Positions 1-11,648 of a DNA stretch of 52,661 nucleotides are shown here, piece by piece. Within the stretch, counting starts at the first letter, position 1; each line of letters begins with the position of its first letter. Where the stretch lies: contig BROI01000026.1 of the NCBI GenBank assembly GCA_027923505.1, positions 372,001-424,661 on the forward strand, given 5' to 3'. The DNA is from Mayamaea pseudoterrestris (lineage: Eukaryota). Position numbers and translations under genes: made by a program. The notes beneath the pieces are model-generated. The model made no database searches and was not told the DNA's origin. It saw only the letters and a list, made by a program, of their open reading frames with translations.

Positions 1-288
1 GTAGGTGCCCAAAATACACCAGAAGGGTGCCAACATCATTATTCAGGCTGCGCTACAAGATGGTAGGCTTGGCTGGTGTCTCAGGGGATGGCAATGTATT
101 TGGTGACAACTTGTCACCAGTCTCAGCCCGCAGATGCCATGACATTCAAACGCCCCTACAGCAAGCCCTGTAGATGCCCAAAATACACCGGAATGGTGCC
201 AACATCATCATTTAGGTTGTGGTAAAAAATGATAGGCTTGGCTGGTGTCTCAGGGGATGGCAATGTATTTGGTGACAACTTGTCACCT
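1..288 (+). repeat. 169-bp satellite (family B), forward orientation, about 1.7 monomers, truncated by the window edge
   Basis: GTAGGTGCCCAAAATACACC at 1 recurs as GTAGATGCCCAAAATACACC at 170. Each monomer contains the dyad TGGTGACAA-C-TTGTCACC. Confidence 0.9.
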
Positions 289-354
289 GTTCCTGGTAAA
301 ACAGGAGTAGATACCCTGTATTCCGTGCGACTGTATGTCACACAGCTGCAGCGG

Positions 355-2957
355 CAGCACCCAGGCAGGAAGCAGTGACTTGTTTGAATGATCAATGATG
401 CACTGAAGCCTCCTTCAGGAAGTGGTGGGAGCCTGGTTGGTGTTTGGCAGTCAACTGGTGTGTTTGTGTTCAAACTGTCTCTGGTGCACTGGCCAGAGCC
501 TGGCCAGAGCGTGGTGCCTGAATCCATTCTTGGGATGTAGAACTGATGCTTACATATATTTTTGAGCTTCTGCGCATGAATGGATTATTCCAAGTGCTTG
601 TGGGTGCCAGAGCAGTGGCATATAGCAGAAACAATGGCTAGGCCCATCATTTTATAATTCATAAAACATTGAAATGGAGACTATACCAATCCATGGCGCC
701 CTTCCACAACCATGGCAGGACACCATTGGCTTGTTTGACTGATCATTGATCCACTGAAGCCTCCTTCAGCAAGTGGTGGAAGCCTGGTTGGTGTTTGGCA
801 GTCAACTGGTGTGTTTGTTTTAATACAGTTTTTGGAGCATTGGCCAGAGCTTGGCCAGAGCTTGGTGCCTGAAATCAATTCTTGGGATGTAGAACAGTCA
901 CTAACATTTATATTTTGGGTTTCTGCGCAACAATGAATCATTCCAAGTGCTTGTGGGTGCCAGAGCAAGTGGCATATAGCAGGAACAATGGGTAGGCCCA
1001 TCATTTTATGGTTCATAAAACAATGAAATGGAGACTATATCAATCCATGGCGCCCTTCCACTACCAAAGCAGGACAGCAGTGGCTTGTTTAACTGATCAA
1101 TGATGCACTGAAGCCTCCTTCAGCAAGTGGTGGGAGTCTGGTTGGTGTTTGGCAGTCACCTGGTGCGGTCGTTTTCACACAGTCTCTGGAGCATTGGCCA
1201 GAGCTTGGCCAGAGCTTGGTGCCTGAAATCCAGTATTGGCATGTAGAACAGTCACTAACATTTATATTTCGGGTTTCTGCGCAAGAATGGATCATTCCAA
1301 GTGCTTGTGGGTGCCAGAGCAAGTGGCATATAGCAGGAACAATGGCTAGGCCCATCATTTTATGGTTCATAAAACAATGAAATGGAGACTATACTGTGCC
1401 ATGGCGCCCTTCCAGTAACATAGCAGGACAGCAGTGGCTTGTTTGATTGATTAATGATGCACTGAAGCCTCCTTCCGCAAGTGGTGGAAGCCTGGTTGGT
1501 TTTTGGCAGTCAGCTGGTGTGGTCGTTTTCACACAGTCTCTGGAGCATTGGCCAGAGCTTGGCCAGAGCTTCGTGCCTGAAATCCATTGTTGGGATGTAG
1601 AACAGTCACTAACATTTATATTTTGGGTTTCTGCGCAAGAATGGATCATTCCAAGTGCTTGTGGGTGCCAGAGCAAGTGGCATATAGCAGGAACAATGAA
1701 TAGGCCCATCATTTTATGGTTCATAAAACAATGAAATGGAGACTATATCAATCCATGGCGCCCTTCCACTACCATGGCAGGACAGCATTGGCGTGTTTGA
1801 CTGATCAATGATGCACTGAAGCCTCCTTCAGCAAGTGGTGGGAGCCTGGTTGGTGTTTGGCAGTCACCTGGTGCGGTCGTTTTCACACAGTCTCTGGAGC
1901 ATTGGCCAGAGCTTGGCTTGAGTGTGGTACCTGAAATCCAGTATTGGCATGTAGAACAGTCACTTACATATATGTTTGGGTTTCTGCGCAAGAATGGATT
2001 ATTCCAAGTGCTTGTGGGTGCCAGAGCAAGTGGCACATAGCAGGAACAATGGCTAGGCCCATCATTTTATGGTTCATAAAACAATGAAATGGAGACTATA
2101 TCAATCCATGGCGCCCTTCCACTACCATGGCAGGACAGCAGTGGCTTGTTTGACTGATCAATGATGCACTGAAGCCTCCTTCCGCAAGTGGTGGAAGCCT
2201 GGTTGGTTTTTGGCAGTCAGCTGGTGTGGTCGTTTTCACACAGTCTCTGGAGCATTGGCCAGAGCTTGGCCAGAGCTTGGTGCCTGAAATCCATTCTTGG
2301 GATGTAGAACAGTCACTAACATTTATATTTCGGGTTCCTGCGCAAGAATGGATCATTCCAAGTGCTTGTGGGTGCCAGAGCAAGTGGCATATAGCAGGAA
2401 CAATGGCTAGGCCCATCATTTTATGGTTCATAAAACAATGAAATGGAGACTATACTGTGCCATGGCGCCCTTCCACAACCATGGCAGGACAGCATTGGCT
2501 TGTTTGACTGATCAATGATGCACTGAAGCCTCCTTCAGCAAGTGGTGGGAGCCTGGTTGGTGTTTGGCAGTCACCTGGTGCGGTCGTTTTCACACAGTCT
2601 CTGGAGCATTGGCCAGAGCTTGGCTTGAGTGTGGTACCTGAAATCCAGTATTGGCATGTAGAACAGTCACTTACATATATGTTTGGGTTTCTGCGCAAGA
2701 ATGAATCATTCCAAGTGCTTGTGGGTGCCAGAGCAAGTGGCACATAGCAGGAACAATGGCTAGGCCCATCATTTTATGGTTCATAAAACAATGAAATGGA
2801 GACTATATCAATCCATGGCGCCCTTCCACTACCATGGCAGGACAGCAGTGGCTTGTTTGACTGATCAATGATGCACTGAAGCCTCCTTCAGCAAGTGGTG
2901 AAAGCCTGGTTGGTGTTTGGCAGTCAGCTGGTGTAGTCGTTTTCACACAGTCTCTGG
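355..2957 (+). repeat. 353/354-bp tandem satellite (family A), about 7.3 monomers
   Basis: GAAATGGAGACTAT starts at 671, 1025, 1379, 1733, 2086, 2440 and 2793 (spacings 354, 354, 354, 353, 354, 353). Most monomers carry an internal 11-bp direct repeat TTGGCCAGAGC. Confidence 0.95.
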
Positions 2958-3256
2958 TGCCCAAAATACACCAGAATGGTGCCAACATCATTATTCAAGC
3001 AGCGTTACAAGATGGTAGGCTTGGCTGGTGTCTCAGGGGATGGCAATGTATTTGGTGACAACTTGTCACCAGTCTCAGCCCGCAGATGCCATGACATTCA
3101 AACAGACTTACAGCAGGCCCTGTAGGTGCCCAAAATACACCAGAATGGTGCCAACATCATTGTTAAGGCTGCGCTACAAAACGGTAGGCTTGGCTGGTGT
3201 ATCAGGGGCTGGCAATGTGACTGGTGAGATGTTCTCACCAGTCTCAGCCCGCAGAG
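2956..3256 (+). repeat. 169-bp satellite (family B), forward, about 1.8 monomers
   Basis: TGCCCAAAATACACCAGAATGGTGCCAACATC at 2958 and 3127; near-identical to 1-288. Confidence 0.9.
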
Positions 3257-3485
3257 GTTACTGTGTGGATGTTGCCCTCCCAAACAACTGATGCTACACA
3301 TGAGCTGTGAATGATGGTTATGCACCAATCTCTCTGCATACATGTCTCCAAGCATAGCCAAAACAGAATTCATGGAGTAAGACTATTGGAAGTAGTCTTT
3401 GAAGGCCGTACACTGTAGTACCATGGAGGTGGTTACTGTTACTGTGTGGACCTCTGCTTTCCCAAACAGCTGATGCTACACACAG
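3257..3485 (+). repeat. About 175-bp repeat (family C), about 1.3 monomers
   Basis: TTACTGTGTGGA...CCCAAACA.CTGATGCTACAC at 3258 and 3439; the same sequence recurs at 4655-4972. Confidence 0.8.
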
Positions 3486-3489
3486 TCTA

Positions 3490-4640
3490 CTGAGCAACCA
3501 ACATCAACTATATTTGTAGCACACGTGAAATAAGGATGTTAGCACCCATCTAGCTTGATTTGGGTGAACACATGGCTCTAGGTATGGGCATTTGTAAATT
3601 ACGGCATCTACTGGCTGAGGCTGGTAAGAACTTCTCACCAATCACATTACAGTCTACCAAGGGACCGGCCAGGCAAAACTTCTTGTAGCGCACCTGAAAT
3701 AAGGATGTTAGCACCATTCTAGCTTGATTTGGGCAAACAAGTGGCTCTAGGCATGGGCTTTTGAAAATAACCGCATCTGCTAGGTGAGACTGGCGACAAG
3801 TTGTCACCAATCACATTGCCATCTACTGAGCCACAAGCCAGTCAAATTTTCTTGTAGCGCACTTGATATAGGGATGTTAGCACCATTTCAGGTTAATTTG
3901 GGCATACACATGGCTCTAGGTATGGGCATTTGAAATTTATGGCACCTGTTGGCTGAGACTGGTGAGAATTTCTCACCAGCCACATTGCAGTCAACTGAGG
4001 ACCAGCCAGGCAAATTTTCTTGTAGCGCACCTAAAATAAGGATGTTAGCACCATTGTGGCTTGATTTGGGCACACACATGGCTCTATGTATGGGCGATTA
4101 AAAATTACGGCATCTGTTGGCTGAGACTGGTGACAAGTTGTCACCAATCACATTACAGTCTACCAAGGGACCCTCCAGTCAAATTTGCTTGTAGCGCACC
4201 TGAAATAAGGATGTTAGCACCATTCTGGCTTGATTTGGTAATATACGTGGCTCTTGGTATGGGCCTTTGGAAATTACGGCATCTGCTGGCTGAGACTGGT
4301 GAGAACTTCTCACCAGTCACATTGCAGTCACCCGAGGGACCAGCCAGTCATATTTTCTTGTAGCGCACCTGAAATAAGGATGTTAGCACCATTCTGGCTT
4401 GATTTGGTAATACACGTGGCTCTTGGTATGGGCCTTTGGAAATTACGGCATCTGCTGGCTGAGACTGGTGAGAATTTCTCACCAGTCACATTGCAGTCAA
4501 CCGAGGGACCAGCCAGTCATATTTTCTTGTAGTGCACCTAAAATAAGGAGGTTAGCACCATTCTGGCTTGATTTGGTCATACACATGGCTCTAGGTATGG
4601 GCAATTGAAAATTACGGCATCTGCTGGCTGAGACTGGTGA
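3490..4640 (-). repeat. 169-bp satellite (family B), inverted orientation, about 6.8 monomers
   Basis: TAAGGATGTTAGCACC-like anchor at 3531, 3700, 3869, 4037, 4206, 4375 and 4544. The reverse complement (CCAAATCAAGCCAGAATGGTGCTAACATCC...GCGCTACAAG) matches the forward family B monomer. Confidence 0.9.
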
Positions 4641-4654
4641 TTAGTATGGAGCTG

Positions 4655-4972
4655 TTTACTGTTTGGATGTCTGCCCTACCATGCAAGTGATGCTACACAT
4701 GAGCTGGGAATGATTGTTATGCACCAATCTTACCTATATGGGTCCTTAAGCACAGCCAGAGAAAAGTTCATGAAACAAGACTATTGGGGGTAGTCTTTGA
4801 AGGCCACACACTGTAGCATCATGGAGTTGGTTACTGTGTGGACCTCTGTCCTCCCAAACAACTTATGCTACACGTGAGTCGGGAATGATTGTTATGCTGC
4901 AATCTCATCACATGTTTGTTCCTAAGCATAGCCAGATCAGGATTCATAGAACAAGACTATTCGGGCAGGTCT
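4655..4972 (+). repeat. About 175-bp repeat (family C), about 1.8 monomers
   Basis: TTACTGT(T/G)TGGA at 4656 and 4831. Shares GCTACACATGAGCTG.GAATGAT.GTTATGCACCAATCT and AAGACTATTGG..GTAGTCTTTGAAGGCC with 3257-3485. Confidence 0.8.
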
Positions 4973-5102
4973 ATTCTCATAACTTGAAGGATTAGCATGA
5001 CTGCCTGGTTTGTTGACGTTGATAACCTAACCAATACCTTGGTGGAAGGTGGCAATCCTTCAAAGGATGGGGATGGCCAAAGTTCTGTGTGCGCTGCTGG
5101 CC

Positions 5103-5126
5103 GCTGCTGCTGCTGCTGCTGCTGCT
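5103..5126. repeat. (GCT)8 microsatellite
   Basis: Direct read of gctgctgctgctgctgctgctgct. Confidence 0.9.
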
Positions 5127-5242
5127 TTTGGATGACATACTGTTGCACAGAATACACCATATTATCTACTCCTCTTTCACTGGAAGAAACGAGTTGACTG
5201 AATGCCCCCGCAGCATTCCATGTCTACATCCAAATTACATAT

Positions 5243-5375
5243 GAATGGTGCCAAAATCAATATTCAGGCTGTGCTACAAGATGGTATGCCTGGTGAGTGT
5301 CTCTGTTGTGGATGGCAATGTGACTGATGATAACTTCTCACCAGTCTCAGCCCGCAGATGCCTTGACATGCAAAT
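5243..5375 (+). repeat. Degenerate partial family B (169-bp) monomer
   Basis: GAATGGTGCCAAAATCAATATTCAGGCTGTGCTACAAGATGGTA...CTTCTCACCAGTCTCAGCCCGCAGATGCC aligns to 1-150. Confidence 0.8.
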
Positions 5376-5732
5376 GTCCATGCATCAACCTTGCTGTGCT
5401 AGCTGATGAGTTCAAAATATCACTGGTGTCCTTCTTCTGTCATTTTCACCACACTAAGCACGTAAGCAGGCAAAGGCGCATGAATACTGTTGCCAAAAGA
5501 ACACCAACATGGCAATAAGCACAGAGATGGGAAGTTTGTCAAGGAAATTCATTTTGAATCATCAATGGGATGCAATTCAAAGCATGGATCTCTTAACAGT
5601 ATCTACCAGAAGATGCAAGACATTATTCATACAGTCTGAAGTAAGTCAGCAGACCTACCGGTACTAACATTTCCGTTGCGCGCGCACGCCGTGCCTCATC
5701 GGCAAACCTCCGTCGCACAAACCACCTTCGAC

Positions 5733-6848
5733 ATGACCATGGCGTCCTCGAGCAACAATACACCAGCGAAACCGCCAGTGGACGATACCATGGACGAAGC
5801 TTCGATTCGCTCGCCTCTGCAGAAAGTTTCGGACAATCAACTTGAAGCAGATGACGGATCCGAGGAAAGCAGCAGCATGCGCAAACGTAGCAAGACTGAC
5901 GATGAGCAGCAGCAAGATCAACCAGTAGTACCAGCCATTGTTCTCGATTATCCGACGGACATGAACATTCCATCGCGCGAACTAATAAAGGAAATTTACA
6001 ATGAAGCCATGAAAAAGCCGCATGGCGAGCAGCGCTTAGTTACCGAGTTTGGTTTGCTTTCGTTCCAAGACGTGCTGCTTCCAGCGATTGCACAGGAGGA
6101 GGAGCGAGCCGTCAAGCGTTTGCAAAGCATTGTCCAGCGCGATTATCCGGAACTGACTTTAGCCGTTGCTACTTGTCGCAAGGCAATCTATGATAGTGTT
6201 TTTGCCGGCATGAAGGCGGCGGAAGCCTCTCGCGCCAAGCGAATGATCGTTGAGCAGGAACGCGAGCAACAATGGCTTGAGCAGCAACAGCAGGAGGAAG
6301 CGCTGAAACAACTTCAGCTGCAGAAGCAAGCGGAGAAACAAAAGAAAGACTATGATGATCGACGTATTGAGGTCTTGTACGATGCTCGGAAGAACTACGC
6401 CTTCAATCAAGACCTCTTTCGCGAGACGGCATACTTGCTCAGCGAACTGCCAAAGCTTCAAAAGGAGCTCAAGTCATGGAAGCAGGCGGAGGAAGAATTG
6501 AAGCAACGGGAAGCTGCATTGGACGTACTCGATAACACTTTGGCTGAGAAGGAAAAGGATACGGACGAAAACAAGAACACGAATAAAGCAAACACTCCAA
6601 ATGACAAGCCACTCGAAGAGATTGCAGCCGCCATTCACAGCGTCAAGGCTTCGTCGATTCAAATTCAAATGATGCTGGAGAATGTTTCAAGCATTGCCAA
6701 GGAGTCGGACGAGGTTCGAAAGGTACTCTACCGGCAGTATCGCCAGGAGCATCAGTTTCATGGGTACCATGGCGCGACCGATCCCAAGGGGCTTCTCTTT
6801 GCCTTGTCGCAAAGTCAGCAAAACTCTCAGGATGAGCCGGATGATTGA
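5733..6848 (+). CDS. Hypothetical coiled-coil protein (about 371 aa)
   Basis: Long ORF with first ATG at 5733; E/Q/K-rich helical stretches and a basic RKRSK motif. No family recognised. Confidence 0.75.
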   Translation: MTMASSSNNTPAKPPVDDTMDEASIRSPLQKVSDNQLEADDGSEESSSMRKRSKTDDEQQQDQPVVPAIVLDYPTDMNIPSRELIKEIYNEAMKKPHGEQRLVTEFGLLSFQDVLLPAIAQEEERAVKRLQSIVQRDYPELTLAVATCRKAIYDSVFAGMKAAEASRAKRMIVEQEREQQWLEQQQQEEALKQLQLQKQAEKQKKDYDDRRIEVLYDARKNYAFNQDLFRETAYLLSELPKLQKELKSWKQAEEELKQREAALDVLDNTLAEKEKDTDENKNTNKANTPNDKPLEEIAAAIHSVKASSIQIQMMLENVSSIAKESDEVRKVLYRQYRQEHQFHGYHGATDPKGLLFALSQSQQNSQDEPDD

Positions 6849-6906
6849 ATTATATAAAGCTTTAGTAGTTATTTCTTCATTTTTATACAATAGTTTGTAC
6901 AGCTTA

Positions 6907-7635
6907 CTATAGCCAGGACGCTCTTGGTCGTCCCTTGTCGTCCAACTCTGTGGTCGTTTGTATTTGCCCCATTCTCGTCGGCGGCCAAAGCACATACTCG
7001 GCAACACCGACTAGCAATCCTTTACTGATTGGTCCAATTTGTCGACTATCGCGTGAGTTGGCCTTATTGTCGCCTTCCACATACAATGAATAGGGTGGGA
7101 CCTGCTGCAATTTGCCTGGCCATGCTTTCGGTCTCACCAATTGTCCACCGACACCGACGAGCCGCTTGACGCAGAGTTTGCTTGGAATACCGGCATCTGG
7201 ATCCTTGTAGACGACGACTTGTCCATTCAAGGCGACTGGAGGATTGGAGTAGACTCGGGCGTGCTGCTCGTTGCCAATGCCGTGGAGCGATTCGTAGCGA
7301 ATCAGTCTGGCGCGGTCCTTGCTTTGGTCGTCGTGATTGCCACTAACATCAAAGATTATGTTCCAAAGAGTTTCTGGAATAATTCCAAAGTCTGATTTGC
7401 GAATGAACAATACATCGCCGTCGCGCAGGGTCGGCTCCATGCTGCTGCCATGGACGCGGCAGGTGCTGAACAAGCAGTCGCGCGCCCAAACCACGATGGG
7501 AACGGTTGCGATTGCTGATGACCAAAGGTAAGGACTATTTGATGAAGAGGCGGCTGTTCTGTAGTATCGTGACATATGAATATAGATTATAGTAGAGAAA
7601 GAAGGGAGGCGAAAAGTGATGGTTTCGGCCGCCAT
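6907..7635 (-). CDS. Peptidase S26 family, mitochondrial inner membrane protease (IMP1/IMP2)-like
   Basis: GSSMEPTL (catalytic Ser), CVKRLVG (catalytic Lys), GDN..NSRDSR..GPI and LWPP motifs. The start could instead be the ATG at 7575. Confidence 0.88.
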   Translation of the reverse strand: MAAETITFRLPSFSTIIYIHMSRYYRTAASSSNSPYLWSSAIATVPIVVWARDCLFSTCRVHGSSMEPTLRDGDVLFIRKSDFGIIPETLWNIIFDVSGNHDDQSKDRARLIRYESLHGIGNEQHARVYSNPPVALNGQVVVYKDPDAGIPSKLCVKRLVGVGGQLVRPKAWPGKLQQVPPYSLYVEGDNKANSRDSRQIGPISKGLLVGVAEYVLWPPTRMGQIQTTTELDDKGRPRASWL

Positions 7636-7775
7636 GTGCGCGACGGAACATTATTTCGACGATCATCGCACCGGTTATGAAAGATCAACGCTGCGACATG
7701 ATCTCTTGCTCATCTCGTCTCCAGCAACATGAATTCACTCGAGGCGCCTTTGACTCTCGTCGCCAACTTTCTAAC

Positions 7776-8063
7776 ATGATTATCAATACTGCAACAATCA
7801 TATTAACTCTAGTCGTAGTCACATTATTTGCCGTCTTTGGTTTGAAGATAATGCGGAGTTTTGCGTTGCAGATTGCGCAGGAAAACCACGACGCCATGGC
7901 GGCACTCGATCAGCAGGAGGAGCAAGTGCGACTCAAGAAGGAGCGAGCGGCCGATGCGGCGGCTGCCACGGCCTTTGCCAAAATACAACCAATTGTTACA
8001 AAAACGTCGAATGCAGATGCAGCAAAAGTAGATTCTGGTGTAGCGGATGTTTCCTTGGTGTAG
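7776..8063 (+). CDS. Small single-pass membrane hypothetical protein (about 95 aa)
   Basis: ATG 7776, N-terminal hydrophobic helix (IILTLVVVTLFAVFGL), then a helical charged segment. Confidence 0.55.
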   Translation: MIINTATIILTLVVVTLFAVFGLKIMRSFALQIAQENHDAMAALDQQEEQVRLKKERAADAAAATAFAKIQPIVTKTSNADAAKVDSGVADVSLV

Positions 8064-8227
8064 CTGCACGCCATTACTTGCTGAAAGCTGCAATTGCTGC
8101 GAAACTTGCTTTCTTGATGCGTCACTGCACCCTGCAGTACATACTATATGTTAATACTTGAACATTCTAAACTATCAATTTATACAATGCGAATAGCATT
8201 TACTCAGTTGTAGTGAGTTACAGCGTG

Positions 8228-11200
8228 CTATAACGCCGGCAGAGTCGTTCGACAGATGGGACACTCCATTTTGATCTCCATCCACTGTATCAAGCAGTCT
8301 CGATGAAACAGGTGGTTGCATGGAGCCAGCATGTAGTGTGAGCGATTACAAGCATCAATGCCGTCGTAGCAAATGCTGCAGTCAAGTGTGCAGGCTTGCG
8401 CAGGCGGAACTGGTTGCGTCACGACGGTTTCAGCCGTCATGGTGCTTGACGTTTCGGATCGCCACCGCAGGCCTCGCAAGCGATTGCGAGTGGTGGGAGC
8501 AGTTGCGTGTCGGGCGCGCGCTGGTAGAGGATCGGAGGCTTGGACGGGCGCGTCCTTGTCGAAGGAGATGGGCGACGAGCCGCGATGGTCTTCCTCAATT
8601 GATTCGGGTTTCGGAGTGACTGGGCTGCTTGGTGGAAGCATGGATGCTGGTAGCGGGCGATTGTAGTCGAATTTGGGAGGTAGGAATCGGGCCGGTATCA
8701 TGAAGCGAGCACCATACTTGCCTTGAGCAACGAGTATTGCTGTTTGCACTGCAACCCAACCGATCAAAAGCTCGCACATGACAGGATCAGTTGGACTGTC
8801 AGGGTAAACTTCCTTCAAGAAATTGTTTGGCAGGCCGAAAATGTACAATGGAGCGACAAGTCTCGTCAAGCTCATGCCGTAGACGTAGTATTTGTGCAAG
8901 GGTTTCTTTGTCTCTGTTATCACATTCAAAACAATCTGTGGCACCCAGAATGAATACAGGAGCAGGGCATATAAGGTGCGGTACTTTTCGCCAACGTAAA
9001 ACGCGAGAAAGAATGAAGAGAACAGTGTAATGTAGAAGCGGAGATGTAAGACCGCAACTTGTCGCCTCAACGCCTCCTGACTTTGCCCACCTCCGTTGCT
9101 GTTGTTGCGTGCTTGGATTATCATCGCCATGTACTAGAAATAACAGAGTATCAGTGAGATAGGGATTCAACTTAAAGAGCCTAGTCCCAACATCATGTGT
9201 TACCTTCATTTCAATGACGCAAAAGATGAGCAGTTTGAAAAAGGCGACACTGGCAAACGCTGCAAACAGTGGGGTCATGGCAAGGCTCAAGTAAATGTGC
9301 GCCAAGCACACCAAAGCATCAATCACTGTTTGCCATCCGACGCACAGCAGAGAAACTTTCGTTGCCGCAGACTGACTTTGTGAGTAAAGTAGCTGACGAA
9401 GCAGTATCAAAATTTGCGTCAGACAGACAAGCATCATGTAAAAACTGTAGTTGATCGCTTTGCTTGTCGTTGCATCCCAGTCGGTACGAATGGCCGTCGC
9501 ATTCAAATTTGCACTAAAGTGACAGTTGCGCGACTCAATAACGCCAACCATGGACATGACCACAGCTTGGTCTTGAAGCAGCTTGGCGCGCTCCCTGGCC
9601 GACAAGCTCGATGCTCGTGATCGTGAACTGCGTTTCGTATCCACCGCCTTTTCTGAACCTGCGTCGTCACGGGCTAGAAAGGGATTCAAAAGCCTGGCTT
9701 CCTTGAGCCGGCGCAGCACCAAGTTGCGCCATGCGCCCAAGGTCCACTCTACTTCTTGCACATTCATGTTGATTTCAAATTCACAATCCAGTGCATTCGC
9801 TTCCAGAACTTGTTCGCGAGGCGGCATGCGACGAGCGGCTGGCGTCTTTGTTTTTCGAATACTCTCGTGCTGATCATCGCGCGTGAATGGATACGGCAGA
9901 ACAACGTCGGACCAAGGAGGCAAAATGACATTAGTCATGTTGCTAGTATTAGCGATCGTTACATTTTCGCTTTCTGTTGAAATCTCACTCTGCGCTTGGT
10001 TGACAATTAATGGCAACTCCAATAGCTTTCGATCCATTAACTCTGGTGATTTTAGCAGCCATTTCCGCGCCCGTTTCCTCACTGTTTTCGGTTGCTGTCT
10101 ATAGAGCGCTTCGGCATCTTGCCTCACCAGTGTCATGTCCGCCGCATCCATGTTACTCAACGCTTCCTGCAAACGTCGTCGCTGGTGTTTACTTGCCACG
10201 CCAACCTCCTTGCTTATTGTCGCGTTACTACCGCTACTAGTACTACTTCCAATCACTAGCACGCTCCGTCTCACGTCAGTATTCGCCACGAGCGAAAGTC
10301 GTCCAATCCCATGCACCAAGACACCCTTGACGCGGAGCAAGACATCCTGGCGCGTCGAGTAGCCTTGCGCATGATCCGAATCGTAGAGCTTGACAAAGCC
10401 ATCCACCAGAGACAGTTCGCGCAGCGTTGGTATCTTGCGTGAAAATAGTTGAAAGGCCACGCGACCAGATGCGCGGGTAAGTGTGACGGAAGTGTTGCGG
10501 TGCTGTACTGGTGCAGTCATTGTAACGCTTGCTGCTGCATTGGCAACTCCCAAGACGGCTTCAGTTGTGGCTCTGGAGACTGCTGCCGTGGGTTCTTCAG
10601 TTGGTTCAGGCGGATACGTCTTTCCCGAGGCATCGACAGTCACTTGCTCAAATCTATTGGAAGTAAAATTGTGATCATCTCGCATCAATACTTGTTGATT
10701 GTGCGGCAGTACAAAGACTCCGATCGATGTATCATTCGTTTCTTTAAGTCGTTGCAGCATTGTAGATTCCAGCGAGATGGCGTCCAGTGTCATTGGTTCC
10801 ATCAATCGTGCCGGCGTCGACGCATTCTGTAGAGGCGAGGCAGAAAGATCGCTCGCACCTTCAGCACTAGCCATGTGATTCCTCGACCACTGTCCTCTGT
10901 AGAATCCAGTCGTGTTCCATGGATAGTGAAAAACCTTTTGGTCCTCGGCTGCATCATGCTGCTGCTCGTTTATTGTTAACGGTGGTTGCTGCTGCGAAAA
11001 GGTTGATGGACGCGACTCGTCGGCCGTGGCTGCGCCGGGAAATTCGTCTTTCGTCAAACCTTCGGTGGATGACAACGGCGGCTCTTCGGCTGCTGCTGAA
11101 TCTAGTTCTTTCTGCGCCCATTGGAGTACTTGCTGTTGCATATCAATATTTTGATTCTTTTTTATCAATGCATGAAACCGAACATCATTTTGTACAATGC

Positions 11201-11648
11201 TTTGAATCGATGCATCCTGTTTTTGTCGCGCAGCAAATACACGTGGCTCTAGCATGAGCGCCTCCAGCCGGCTCGGTCCATTTTGTTGTTGTGAACGCAA
11301 TCGTTGATTTGCTTCGTCGTGGTCGCCGTCCATGACCAATAGCATGAGCAGAAACATGATGAGGACGCGAATCGTTCGCTGCCGTCGCTCGGCTTCGCGC
11401 CACTCCTCCGTGGTGCGAAACTGCAGTGGCGGCGTATTGTTATTAGTGATTGCTGCTGCAGCATTATTAGTAGTTGCATTTGCATTCGCAGGCGGCGGAG
11501 GAAGGCGCGCCATGGTAGGAAGATTGTTATTGTTGGCAGCAGCAGCTACGAGTGGTATGCGAATGTCATCGTCCTCATCCAAGTCTACTTCATTGTCGTC
11601 AAAGTCTTCAATATCGAGTAGTGGACCTCCCGCCGTAGATTCCAGCAT
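8228..11648 (-). CDS. Transmembrane RING-H2 E3 ubiquitin ligase, Tul1/FLY1-like; exons 11648-9204 and 9133-8228
   Basis: Luminal N-region with NTTGFYRGQW, a multi-TM block, SFWVPQI, GARFMIP and a C-terminal RING-H2 (CSIC...PCNHLFHRDCLIQWMEIKMECPICR). The GT-AG intron 9203-9134 joins EMK|YMAMII. Confidence 0.88.

Noticed and set aside
681..2991. Recurring 93-111 aa ORFs (MNHKMMGL...) once per 354-bp unit
   Set aside because: They follow from the tandem repeat. Copies carry a premature stop or frameshifts and no recognisable domain, so they were not called CDS.
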